Origin: Marsupella aquatica
Lineage: Eukaryota; Plantae; Marchantiophyta
NCBI GenBank assembly: GCA_973895155.1
Contig: OZ316896.1
Location: forward strand, 18,898,754 to 18,962,753
DNA length: 64,000 nucleotides
Direction of reading: 5' to 3'
Positions 51,341-64,000 of the stretch are shown in pieces. Position numbers and translations under genes: made by a program. The notes under the pieces are model-generated. The model saw only the letters and a program-made list of their open reading frames with translations. It ran no database searches and was not told the origin of the DNA. Each line of letters begins with the position of its first letter. The stretch's first letter is position 1.

Positions 51341-53771
51341 CGCGTCAACGGTGACATGGTTGCAATGACAACTTTGCAACCTAGATTGGGCTAGTCTCAC
51401 ATGATAAGTCAGTGGACTGCCAACTATGGAATGATGCAATTCTTTGACATTTCAAAAAGAAGTGTATCAAGATTCAGATAAACTTCACCACTTAACCAAA
51501 GCTTGCCATGTGCCAACAAAAAACATGACCGAATACAATGCAATCCTGGTTACTAACGGGGTCTTTGCCTGCCACCGTAATTATGTTGGCCAATGAATAC
51601 ACTTGGTGACATTCTTTGGACAGTTGTACTACATCTAAATGTTCCTCCTAAATGGAAGACAACTCAGTGTTGTTCTTGTATTCCATTCCTGTGACTTAGT
51701 ATGATACCCGGTCACCAAGTATTTATTTTTGTTAAAGAGTCGTGATATACTACCTTGGTGAGGGAGCTAATCACGATATGTAAATGTTCGCCCCCAAATC
51801 TAGGTAAATCCGATGGCTCCTATGCCTAATTATGTCTAAACAAGCCCTATGCCAGTGCTTTGCACTGTGCAAGGAGGGCAGGCCCGTAGGGATTGGCCGG
51901 GGGCATTACGGGGCAGCGGGAAACAAATAAGTGATAGGGGTGTACATTTTTCTCATCAATGGTGAGCAAAAACAGCTAATCAAATCCAACGACTGTGGAT
52001 CTTTCCCACCCATAAGCTTTTTTGTATGGTGACGAAGGATGAAAAAAGACAGGATCCCTTATTATAGTTGTAGATGATTTTGTCAACATAGCAACCTCGT
52101 AGGGTGGGAATAGCTGGCACCTCTTGTTTTACCCAAGGGTTGTCTTGTATGTGCAAAGTCTTCAGAAAATCGGCCTGAGTTAACACTACCAAATTGTCCT
52201 GCAAAAGTGCTGAGCAATTGTGGACCAGGTGTAATCTGCTGCCACAATTGCAGCAGGTGTGGCAGCAGATCACAATTGCTCAGCACTATACACAAATTGC
52301 TGAGCAATTGTGGCAGCAGGTTACACCCTAAACCTGCTGCCATAACTGCTTGGTTTCTCTGTCATATCCTCATGCTCAACAATTGTACAGGATGTTTGGG
52401 GAAACTCTTGCAGTGGAAAGTAGTTTCTGCTGTCTTATTCACATATGAAACTCTTGTGTTTGAAAGCTGGCAATTTGATAGACGTTAACCCTCTACAGTA
52501 GTTACAGGTTAAGGACACAAAAGGTTTAGGACCACTAAATTCATAGTCTATAGCTTTTTGCCAAGAGCATTGGTCATATGCCATTATCATTAGTCACTCT
52601 AGAGTCTTTTGGAAAGAAAAAACAAAAAGAAAATATACATAACTTTGTGAAAAAGTTATGATCATTATTTTATTGCTGATCATTCCTAATTTCTCACCTT
52701 TAAGACACCATATTGAAGGCCTGAAAATTTCTGGCCATTGCCCTTCAAAAGTCATTATTGCCCTGAGCACTTTCTCAGTTGGGGGAAAGTCCCTCACTCA
52801 TAGCCTGCCACCAGTTGTCTAACGGGCCGTTTTTTCAGGAGAGTCTAGATGTAAGACGGCCCTAATATGTAGCTTTTATTCAAACTGCCCACGTCACAAT
52901 TCAGGAGGTAAATTAACACCTTGCTGCTTACAATGACTAGGGTACATGAAGACTTCCATGACTTCCACCAAGTTTCCTATGGGTACACGAAGAGTTCAAG
53001 CACAGCGATGGTGACTTTGTTGCCACAATCGTTTCAACAGTTCCTGGCTGGCGGACCCCATTATGTTGTTCCTTTCCTTCTACTTAATTACATTTTATTA
53101 ACGTGCTTTTCATGTTGTTCCTCCCCTTCTACTTTACAGCTTTTTATTTTGTGCAAGTATGGTCATGCCATAAAGTGGGGCTAGGGGCTACAATTAGAAA
53201 CTCCACATCTCCAGCGGAGAAAGCCAGACTCCTCTCTCACCAACAAAGGACAGCCAGTCCCGGCGCCACGGCGAAAGCCAGACTTGTCGCTCCAGTAAAG
53301 GACAGCCAGTCCCACCGCAAAGTACTACAGTCACGTTCCCATTTTGCTGTCAATGGCTGTCAACAGTTTGGCGGGCGTCATTCCAATATTCCATGGAGTA
53401 CCGGCAGAGTAAGGTCGACACAACGAGTCGTACTTTAAGCCGTCAGATCATGATTTCTGGGAGCTGTAAAGCTGTAAATTGGAATGTCTTAGCACGCGTT
53501 TTGCTGTTCTTACGGGCCCCACACGGCTCTCTCTTTTCTGACCCAGGTGATGTCAAACGCAGTTCAAGTGGTCTCGTCTTATGCATAAAACCGAAACGAG
53601 GGCCTCAATTCCATCAATCCAATCTTCTCGTTCACTCTTGTCATCAAATTTCAATTTCTCAAGTGTAGCAAGGACTGGAATTCAAAGGACAGAAAATCTC
53701 AGAATTGATCTGAAATCGTAGTACAGGTTCCGATTCCTGAATTTGTCAAATTTGTGGACTTGTGAGTCGAA

Positions 53772-54008
53772 ATGGCTTTGAGCATGACTTCAGTGATGAG
53801 GAGCAGCGTTTTGTTGGTGGTGATGGTAATGCTGGTAATGATGGAGAGCCAAAGCCTGGTGTCAGCAGCGAGCCGGACTCTTCTTTCGGAAAGTTTAGCT
53901 CCATCACCGGCGCCTGCACAGACTGGCAGCGTTGATAGCTTGCTGCCCTCAATTGCAGCACCGATGATTTTCTCCGTGCTGTCTCTTCTTGTTTTGAAGC
54001 AGTTGTAG
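53772..54008 (+). CDS. AG peptide, subtype A (omega-region variant TGSVDS)
   Basis: 78 aa intact ORF homologous to the other copies. Confidence 0.85.
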   Translation: MALSMTSVMRSSVLLVVMVMLVMMESQSLVSAASRTLLSESLAPSPAPAQTGSVDSLLPSIAAPMIFSVLSLLVLKQL

Positions 54009-56800
54009 GAAGGTCGTTCGTTCTACATGGTGTTCTTATCATCAGAAATCCAGTTTGAGTCACGGAGAAGGTAGAGCTAAGCTTTCAAAACCGACGGGGA
54101 CAATCACAATGTACTATGTACAAGCGAGGAAGCCGCCTAAACGTTTCGAATTTGTCTCATTGATGTGATGTCACTCGCATTAGCTTCAAATCAAGCTGGG
54201 GAGAGCTGGTCGGCGGATGACTTGCATAGAGATGTACAGAAAATGATAAAATTTTATGCCGGTATTCGAATCGATCATTTTGACCCGGTGCTCGGCGAAG
54301 CGCAGCAGTGAGAGCTCTGGCATGAATAACAGTCTCCGCATCGATTTAACATTATTCTTCATTTGTAAGTAGGAATTGACACTCAAGGTTGAAGGGTCTT
54401 GTCCTACAATCATACAGGTTCAGCAGTGACGCTCTTTTGCAGAGCACAATTCTTTAATACCATTCTTTGGCTCATCAAAGAGCCCCACAATTATTCCGTG
54501 TATCGTACAGTAATATATAAAGTCTCGTACTTCGAGTCTAGCCGGATTCTAAATCTTCAGTGTCACTCACGAAATGCCACTCAAGGTTGAAGTTCCCGTC
54601 CTGACATCGTTACGAATGCGCTTGTCACGCCCAGTTGCAGAGTGCAACTTGATTTTGATGTCATAATTTGGCTCATCCCTGAGCCCTAAACTAAGGTGTT
54701 TCTACTACCTGAAGTGTTTGTATTACCATGCAGTCACCTGTAAAGCGAATTGAATTCTAAAGAGTTGATCCCTTTTCTGCATTTGCACTTGGAACATCCT
54801 AGAAATGCAGGTGCACGATCAGAATAAGTCTCGCTTCTCATAATCCCAATGTTTTTTTTCCCGTTACTGAATGAAAATAACATTAATTTCGAGCTGCCAC
54901 TGGTCAGGCTACCTAAGTAATTGGCTTGTCTGCTTTTGACAACAATTTTGGCTACCATCTCAATCATCACTTCCGTTGAACATTAGGGGCTATTGTCTTT
55001 CAAGTTTGACAATGCCTATGACTCATGGGACCATGACCTGAAGTCTGAGTCTAAGCGCAGTTACCATTATGTTTCTATTAATGGGTTCAAACGTTTTGCC
55101 TCTGGCTTAACTTCAGGGTTTTCCCCCATTGCTTTCTTTTGCAGTGCTAAATCAACCTTATAATAACCCCGTAAACTTACTGTATTCTTCAGGCCTTGAG
55201 TCTGGAGTGAAACCTCTAGACGGTAGATGGGGGGCAGGGTGACTCTTTGAAATGGTGTTGCTTATAATGAGTCATCGAACGTGTGATCACTTAGTGCTCA
55301 GGACCCATAGTCTAAAGTGAAGCCTGTAGACTTGGTGTATGTATGAAGTTTGGGGTGTGGGTGGAAAACCGAGACTGTGGGGCGATTGTGTGCAGGATGT
55401 CTTTGAAAATAACATAGCATGTGAGAAGTCACCGACCTCTGTAGTAGTGATGACCTAGTGTTTGGACTATCTAAACCCTGGTTTTCACTGTGGGACAATA
55501 TGTGTCCTTGTTTAACAAGACAAATGATAACAAGGACAATTGACAAATGATAACAAGGACAAATGATAACTTGTCCGCCCAAAAAAGAATCTAAACACAT
55601 ACTCTTTGGCCAACTGAAGTTGGGGGTGCGAATGGGAAAGGCCGATTCGGGAGTGAGCCTTGAAATATTGTGCAGCATGTGCAGAGTCACGCGAAACCAA
55701 TAGAAAGTGAATAGCTGTTAATATGGCGGAGCAAATGAAAGACTATTGAAATTGAATAGACTAGCGAGCAAGAGCCTTAATGTGCTCACCTCTATTATGT
55801 ACTTGCGTTCAATGAACGGGCAATCAGGCTACTCAACTATAAAGAGCCGGCCCAAGTCAACATAGAGAAAAGCAGGACTACGTATCCAAAAGCCATACCG
55901 GTTGCGATGAGCCCCTGGACTGGAAATCGGACTGACCGTGCTCACCGACTCACAAGCACTTCGTATTGCTGTAAACCGGTGGGACACGCGATCCAAGACT
56001 GAGATCAATGTGGCATTCCAATGTGTAGCAACATTAATCTTGTAAAGAATAGTTCCTTTGACAAAGCTACTTCCTCAAGCAACAAAACGGGAGATGCAGC
56101 GTTTTAAAAAGCATGACCTTGCGTGAAATTATCAGAAAAATTAATCATTGTCATCAAAAGAAGAGGAGTCCAGCTCGACAAGACCCGGCGATAACTTTAC
56201 AGAAAAGAATATGGAGATTACGGACACATTTAGTGGTGTCAATAGCGCCAATACAATTCTGAGCAACCTGCGTTTCTGAAGTATTGCACGGATAAACAAT
56301 AGAGAATAAGTATTCAAATCGCATCATAAATGTTGTACAATATTTTCTTTTATTGGGGCTCTTTATTGAGCCAAAGAATGGTATCACATGATTGCACTCT
56401 TCAATAGAGCGTCAAATGAATGGCGGGAGTATATCTGTGGAAGGCTAAAACCTTCATCCTTCAACGGCATGTCCTAGTGACCTTGAAGATTTTAAGTGAG
56501 CGATGCCTTTCGTGACTGCCTGGCAGAGCTCTTCAGCCCTTAACTGAACACCGTGATAAATGTATCGACAATTTCATGGTTTGCTGACATGAACTGCTAC
56601 CAATTCTTGAAAAAACTTTTTCGCCAGCTCCGTTTAATCTCGTAGGTGCCGATGAATGATGTCACATGACCAATTGATCACTTCGAAACTTTTGGGCTTC
56701 ATATTCACTTGTAATCCCCATTAATACTCCTTGTTCGGACAGGGTAGCTTAAGCTTCTCGAAAGCTTCGCTCGACATTGGCTCCAAATTGTAGCAGCTCC

Positions 56801-57037
56801 TTACAAGAGTTTCAGAACAAGAAAAGATAGCACAGAGAAAGCCATAGGCGCTGCAATTGCGGGCAGCAAGCTACCAGCGCTGCCAGTCATTGCAGGGGCG
56901 GGTGCTGGAGCCAAGTTTTCCGATAGAAGAGCCCTGCTCGCTGCCGAGACAAAGCCTTGACTCTCCACAATCACCAGCAATACCATCACCACCATCACGA
57001 CGCTGCTCCTCATCACCGAAATCATGTTCAAAGCCAT
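56801..57037 (-). CDS. AG peptide, intermediate A/B subtype
   Basis: MALNMIS...SRALLSENLAPAPAPAMTGSAGS...LKLL, 78 aa. Confidence 0.87.
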   Translation of the reverse strand: MALNMISVMRSSVVMVVMVLLVIVESQGFVSAASRALLSENLAPAPAPAMTGSAGSLLPAIAAPMAFSVLSFLVLKLL

Positions 57038-58304
57038 TGTGATGTACAAAATCACACAAGTCCCAACAGCGGTTCGAAAACTAGGATGCGATTGCAGACA
57101 AATCTCAAGCTTTTTTCCTTCTCTTTCGAGATTTCAATCGCTCGTCGGATTTCAGGGTGAATTAGAACTGGGTCGTCAATATGGAATGATTGAGAAGATG
57201 GAAATGAAGGTTGTGGCTGGGGGGTTTTATACTGATGCTCTCCTTTGACATTCCCACAGAGCGATGCACCACCTGGGTCAGACAACTTTACCGAACACGT
57301 CATGGTGGGGCCCGAGAAGGATCGCGAACGCGTAATAGGGTTGTTTGATCCGGTGCTCACGATGACAGAAACTTTCAACTTTCAAGCAATCCAGCTGCCG
57401 ATGTGGACCAGAAGATTGCGGAGACAAAGGCGACTCTATTCCGTGGAAGCTCTCCAGTTGTATAATTTATGACGCGCTCAAACTCTTACTGAAAGTGGGA
57501 GTGACCGAAACATTTGTGTGAGAGTGACGAAACATTTGTGTGAGACATTTGTGTGAGACTGACGAAATTAGCTGTGTCTCGCAGTTGGCCATACCTTACT
57601 TGATAGTACAACAACCACAGCGCAATCTGGCAAATGGACTTGGACATTGCGCTGTGTCATTGCCTTCCAGAAAAGCCGTCAGATCAAAACTCGTCACGAC
57701 CTGCCCAGCGTCGAACACTTGTAAAGGTTAAATTCCTTGCGGAAGGATTCTAATAATGTGCCGTTTGAAACAAGGTTAAATTCCTTTTCGAAGGATTCTA
57801 ATAATGTACCGTTTGAAACATGTCCAATCTCATGCTCGATGAACTTTATCTGACCGTCACGTTAATTACTGTGGCTCCAACCGTGCTTCGAATATCACCG
57901 GCTGCTTAAAAAGGGAAATAGAATGAGGGAAACCCAATTTCCAGGCAAATCCATCTACTGGCATATCGTCTCACTCGATCTAGTGGTCTCCAAACCTGAA
58001 AATTAGCCTTCATTTACCAAACTAAGTGAGATTTATTAGATTGTCATCTTTTACAACTACAATAAAGGGATCCAGTCTTTTTTCATCCTTTGTTCCAATA
58101 CAAAAAAAGTTCCCAGGTGGAAAAGATGGGTTGTTTTCATATGTTTTCCCTGACCATTGATGGAGGAAACATGCACCCCTAGCACATATGTGCTTCCCGC
58201 TGCCCAATAAATGCCCCAGCCGGACTCCCTATGGGCTGGCCCTCTTTGTTTGTGCAATGCACTGACATAGGGCTCGTTCTTGACATAGTACATACCTTGT
58301 CACT

Positions 58305-58738
58305 AGTTCTTGACATAGTACATACCTTGTCACAAATTATTTTTCCATTCATCAGAATGCCATTGTTTATTTTGTGGGTTAAAAAAATTAACCCAAGTTA
58401 GCTCATCCACATTCAATGGATGTCATTGTATCTAGATCTCCTCAATGGAGGTAATTTGAGCTTACCCTTGGGTTAGTTGATGGAGGAGTGGGTCAGGTGA
58501 TCCTCTCCTCTGATCCTATGCCGAACCTCAATCTCTCTAGAGCCAGCCTGTCCCTGTCCCTAAACCCTCTTGCTAAGCGTGGTCAAAGTCACTTTGAAGG
58601 ACACATGAGCTAAATCTGGGTGTGATGATGGATGTGAAAGAACTAACACGAGTAAGTTTTTTAACCCGCAAACAAAATCAATGGCATTGTGGTAAATAGA
58701 AAAAAATCAGTGGCAAGGTACTATTATGTTAAAAAAAT
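58305..58738. mobile_element. Foldback/MULE-like MITE with ~110-bp imperfect TIRs
   Basis: aatgccattgtttattttgtgggttaaaaaa vs reverse complement of ttttttaacccgcaaacaaaatcaatggcatt; also taccttgtcac / gtggcaaggta. Confidence 0.6.
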
Positions 58739-61700
58739 TATTGGCAATCCAGCAAATCCCAGGAAAACAGGCTGGCTAATGATACGAAGGTTGAAATTAT
58801 TCATTTTCATTTGTCACCACCTAATGCACTATGGGGAGTGTTTAGCCAGGAATGACTCTACAATAGTTAGAAAGTACTGTAAGAAAATATTCCATAACCA
58901 GACCTATGCTTGACAGCAGGGTAAAAAATGCTGATTGGAGCCCTCTGGCCCTTAGTTGCATACATAAAGATACACAGACGGCTTCCATTGGAAAATTAAG
59001 GGTGTGTTCTTCTGGTATTTGTTGGATTCCCTCTTTTTTAGTTTTTTAGTTTTTTTTTGGAAAATACGTGTTCGATTCCCTCTAAGAATGGCAAATTTCT
59101 TTCTAGTCAAATCAGTCTTCAAGTAACTTATCTTGTGAATAAACCATCCGAAACCAACTGTTTTCCCATGCTGCGGGCTGGGTCACAAATTGGAAATATG
59201 CAGTCAGCACACCCAGGTCTGCTCCAATTATGATTTTTCTTTGTCCATTCAAAAATTAGTGATGTTGACTGTGAGAGCATGTTTTAAACACATCTCCAAC
59301 CCAAAATGTCCTGGATTAGGTTTGCTCCAATGGACAGTTTCTCGGGACCTTACTCCAAGGGAGTCCCATATCACACTCATATTTTTTGGGGAATAAACAC
59401 ACTTAAGTAAATAAATCAAATTTAAGTGACTTTCCCCTAATATTTTGGAAATATTCTCATATTTGGCATGGTACTTTTAAACACGGCTAATATTCTTTTT
59501 TTACTAAAACCAGTAAAAGTCCATCTACTTACTCATACATGACTGGCGGGAAGAAAAGAAATGAGGATCACTAGGAGGGTTTAGATCGAGTTTGTAAATT
59601 TCACACAATTACGGACTGAAAAAAATGGGATCGCTGATTTTTCCTTTATCGAACAGAAATTAAAAAATAAAAAACAATTGACCACTAAGTTTCATGCCTG
59701 AAAGAACTTCATGAGATGGTTTATGTTGCCCTATACTTATCTACGAGTAAACTCATTTCTTTGGGAACTACGGACATTGGGATAGGTGGCCCGATCATTA
59801 CATCAACCCCAAAAATGTACTATAAGAGTCAAAACGGTACACTTCTGTGTAAATTGTTTTGGGTAATATATCTTGTTTGTTACTAACTTTCAAGGTACCC
59901 ATGAGGTATCATTAGAAAGCTTAGGAACAAATCTTTACAATGGTAGCAAGAACTCCTTGGAAAAGTTTGCCCATTAAAGAAACATCCTGGTTAGAGGGCA
60001 CTGTTGGCCCAGGTTAGGGAGGACATGATGGTCCACATCCCTCTAGCCAGAGCTATCGTAAAGTCTAGACCCTAAACCCTAAACTTGAGTGAGTTTTGAA
60101 ATGGAGAAAGAAGAAGACAATTGTTGGATTCTTTGAATTAAGGTCATGCAATAGTCTGTGGAGATATTAAGGTCTTTTTGTTTCATATGGTAAAACTTTT
60201 GTACTTTAAGTTACACTAGCCCAATTACCATTTCCTTGAAAGTAAATAGATATGAAGAAAAACAATCTTGCACAATAAAGTTTCTATGCTATTTAAGTTA
60301 ATCTTTGCCCCATCCTTGTTTTTTGTCCACCCTCATTTACTCATGATCATTTTTGTCCGTATTAAATTGTTATGGTCTAGTCTTTACTCTAGACTCTGGG
60401 CCTTATGAGTAGACTTAGTTTGAGTTTTTATAATAAGATATGCCTAGAGTGATTGGTCATTGCATAATTCCCTCCTCAAAGCAAAGTGTCCTTTATAGAA
60501 ATAAGTGCCCTACAAAATACAAAACCAAAACTCAAGAAAGTACTTTAGTATATACCAAAGTCCTGTTTACAGTGGCATTGTGTTTTGAGGCCTGGGCTAT
60601 TCTTGCCCACAATGCTCTGGTTGATAAATTTTCATTTCCTGGAAAGCCTAAGAGGAGTTTATTTTAACAATATAGTAAAAGAAGAGGGAATTTTTCATAT
60701 TGAGGTTACCAAATCTTCACCGCATTCTTCTCCATAATTATCCTGAAAATTACAAAGAGAAATATCTTGATTGTTTTCAGGAAAATATATGATAACGTGT
60801 ATTCATTTTTTTTTCTTGTATCAAATTTGTTTTTAGTCTCTCCCCATAGGAATAGTGACATATATTCATTGTAGAGAAACAATTTCAGGGTGAACCCCAT
60901 GGATCCCACAATGGGCCTGTACCAAGAGGGAGAGAGAATTGAAGCTGGGTCACAAGCTGGATAACCAAAGGCCTAATAAATAATTAGAACTATCATCGAT
61001 TACTCACAAAACCCATCCCACCCATATAATATACTCTCGAGATACATACCGGGACGTGGAAGGGAATTGAACCTAAAACAAAATATAATAATAAAATAAT
61101 AATCAGGTCTTTAGTTGGAGTTTTGAGAGGCTACTGCTCATCATGGCCTGGGAACATACATTAATATTAATATATTTAAAGGCCTTGGGGAAGGTTCATA
61201 ATGAGCAGATCCATAACTGCATTTAGAATCCGAGATGGCCCCAAGTACTCATAAGAACGTCATTGTGAAATGATGACATCATCACCTTGAGTAGGGGTGT
61301 TCTGTGACTAGCATTGGTTCATGTGTTCATCAGTTCATGTGTGACGAGCATTACTTCAATGCCTATTACTGGTTTGATACTTTGATTGCTGCCATGATCT
61401 AAGCTGTTGCCTCATAAATGGTGAGGGGGAAATAGAATCCCCCAAGTTTAGTTTGCCACCAATAGAACCCGAAAACCCAAATGGTCTTGCACTTCTAGAC
61501 AAAAATACGGTGTAAGTGCGAATGAAAAGTACTTTGCACCTCCACATAAGCGTGCAAGTACAAAAGACTTTGCAAGACTTTGCATGGCTACATAATTTGC
61601 ACAGAGCGTACCCAATGTACACAAACACAAAGCATGGGGTTATTGTAATTGCACATCAAAATATAAATATGACATATACGGGTTCCATATCATTCCATAC

Positions 61701-63594
61701 CATGATATATATTTTAAATCAATGAATGCACACCTTATAATATCACATTTTGATGTGTCATTACCTGCAAGGCAAAACATGTCAACATCCCACCTGCATC
61801 TTGGTACCTTTGCCTCATAGATGCCTAGTAAAGCAAAATTAAGGATGGATTCAAGGATGGGTTAGTGCTTGTATTACTATGTGTACCTGTAGCATGGTCT
61901 TATATATAAGGGCAATCAATAGCACTACGCATTTGTCCATACTGCATGTACATAGTTATCCATGTTTGCACTTAGCTAGGTATATGTCATCTAGTGAGAC
62001 CCTACTTCCACTTACAAAACTGCAAGAAAAAAGTGCAAATACATGTAAACAGATAGAATTTTTCGAGGAAAAAGCCAATACCTTGCATTGACGTACGTTT
62101 TGCACTTATCCACTGCCCAGTGTGTTTTATGGTGCTCCAAATATGGTAGAAGCTGCTTTAATGAAATCAGCGAGCCAAATTGGAGCTGAGCCCCGAGCTG
62201 AGCGAGTCAGCGAGGCCATTCGAGGTTTGTCACACTTGCGCCAGAATCTACATGCGGAACCGCGTTTCATCACTGGAACGAGCTGTGATGGAAGGTGGGA
62301 AGTTTGGCAATCAAGAGTTCTCTACTGTAGCTTTGTGGCTTGATAATCAATAATGGGACCAGAATCGGCTTGAAGAAGTTATTTTTAACTACTTCACGCG
62401 TTGGGTCATAGCAACGTGGCGCTATAGCCCGAGGACAGTAATGAACACTTGCAATTGCGGCCGGATCGAGGTTGGTCCGTCACCAACTTCCAGTTCAGTG
62501 TGATGCGAATTGCGGGATGTCAGGAGCCACAAAGCTTCGACCTTCTAATCAAGCAGTAACAATTCAACAAGGTTGCCGGTTGCTTTTTTACGACTTATGG
62601 CCAATGTCAAACGGCAGGTCATGATGACGGCCAACTGCCTCAAAATCTGATAGTCTGATTGTGCCCGGCAGGAATTCTCTTGTGCATAGTATGGCGGTAT
62701 GGCCGGATACGTGGTGAGATGCACTTGTGTGGTCTCCTGGTGGGAAACAAACCAGAGAGGTTACCGATCTACTCTCCATCCCACTTTCCAGATAGACGCT
62801 GCAAAGTCCAGACTTTCCGGGCGGGTCGGATTGTCTGTTCTTGCTGCAATTCTCTTGGCTTCCTCCTTTCTATCAGTCTATCGGTACAAGTTAAGAAAAG
62901 CACGTTAGAGGGCTCGTACTGGGAAACAATTCAGATCGTTTTCCCAGGTCGGTCGAATTGTCCGTTCAAGGCAACTACGGAGTACAGCACTGTCCAGTGT
63001 ATCGCGATGGACTGACCCAGAGGCCGACAGATCTGATGGCTGCACTGTCTTCGATGCCGACCGATCTCATGCCGCAGCACTGCAGCAGTGTATTGTACCG
63101 GTGTAAGTTGCATAGAGAAAAACAAATCTAATAAAGCCCGTTCCCCACAATGATTTCCACTTCTCCAGGTTGGCAGCTGTATGTAACGGGCCGCCATCGC
63201 TGTTACGTACCTGGGCCTAATTAAAGCTTAAAGGACTGAATTACTACGGAGTAAAATAATGCGTTCGTCTCTCCCGTCTGGTTGGCTTGCGTTCTGTGGG
63301 TTCTTCCCGTTCAATTGCCAGTTTGCCACCGCACCGAGTCACGACTTCATGCATGCGGGAAGTACATGTCTGCTGGAATCCAAAGCTCCAGGATATTCCA
63401 GCTGATCGATCAACTGTGCTGCTGTGCAGTAGCACGTAGTAGACAAGTTTGCTGGCCATGTTCAGTTCATCTGCCTGCTAGAAACGTCCATTGCGAATCA
63501 TTAATGGTGCTTTGGCTTCGTTAGCAGATCCCTTGCTAGCGTCGGCATTGGGTCTGCCCCGAGGCAAAAGATCGATTGGAGAGTACTGATTTAG

Positions 63595-63740
63595 GGCTAA
63601 CCGTTACCGTTAGACAACCAACGTTTCCCATCTGGACCGTCTATGATCTCCACCAACGGTGAGATGCCTTTGCAACCTGCTTGCTGAGTGAAATGTGACT
63701 GCGGTTGAGTCTATGTGAGACATTCCAGTCTTATATAAAC
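63595..63740 (+). promoter_or_regulatory. Putative promoter of a gene beyond the window: AACGG (MSA-like) cluster plus TATA box
   Basis: ccgtt at 63601 and 63607, ccaacggt at 63653, TATATAAA at 63732-63739. Confidence 0.35.
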
Positions 63741-64000
63741 CTTGAAAGGAACTCACTTTCTCTCAGACTGCGAGTTAGAGCTTTTTGTCAGGAAAGCTAT
63801 TGCATTCTCCAAGTGGGCCTCGCTACTATCTGCCGAGGAGAACCCCGTTAGCGTGCGTGTCTTGTTTACGGACAAAAACTGGCTTCTGTCACCTCTCTCA
63901 AGCAGGCCAAGAGAATTCGAGAATCACATTGAAGTTTCTTCTCTGTACGCGACAGGTGATTGCGGTTTCCTAGAGCGTTCTTCATTCCCCTTCGTGACAA

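Noticed and set aside
60069-60084. Telomeric CCCTAAA repeat
   Set aside because: Only two units; telo-box-sized, not an array
61058-61075. B-box-like GGTTCAATTCCC on the minus strand (SINE/tRNA)
   Set aside because: No paired stems or A box around it, unlike the 1310-1369 element

Overview
Eukaryotic land-plant DNA. A liverwort such as Marchantia is inferred from the gene families present, not proven. (1) 614-10880 is a ~10.3 kb DNA transposon with ~114-bp imperfect terminal inverted repeats (TIRs). It encodes an intact two-exon ~1486-aa P-element/THAP9-like DDE transposase with no recognisable THAP domain, two zinc fingers, an AT-hook and a BAH-like C-terminus. It also carries a second intact gene made only of an EDM2-like PHD-finger cassette, and a perfectly paired 60-nt D-armless tRNA-like (mascRNA-like) structure 72 nt past the transposase stop. 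This is the best candidate for an undescribed system. (2) ~12.4-17.3 kb is a heavily decayed LRR-Roc-COR (TORNADO1-like) pseudogene, at low confidence. (3) 19-57 kb is an array of ten arabinogalactan (AG)-peptide loci (9 intact, 1 pseudogene) in two main subtypes, partly mirrored around an LTR-like spacer at ~44.5 kb. The copies share a TCP-type GGNCCCAC site, a TATA-like box and a 3' GGCTC-N6-GAGCC palindrome. (4) The array is interrupted by a PIF/Harbinger element (intact transposase, stop-disabled Myb/SANT gene), MITEs and an orphan GH38 alpha-mannosidase exon. All calls are by eye; no database searches were run.
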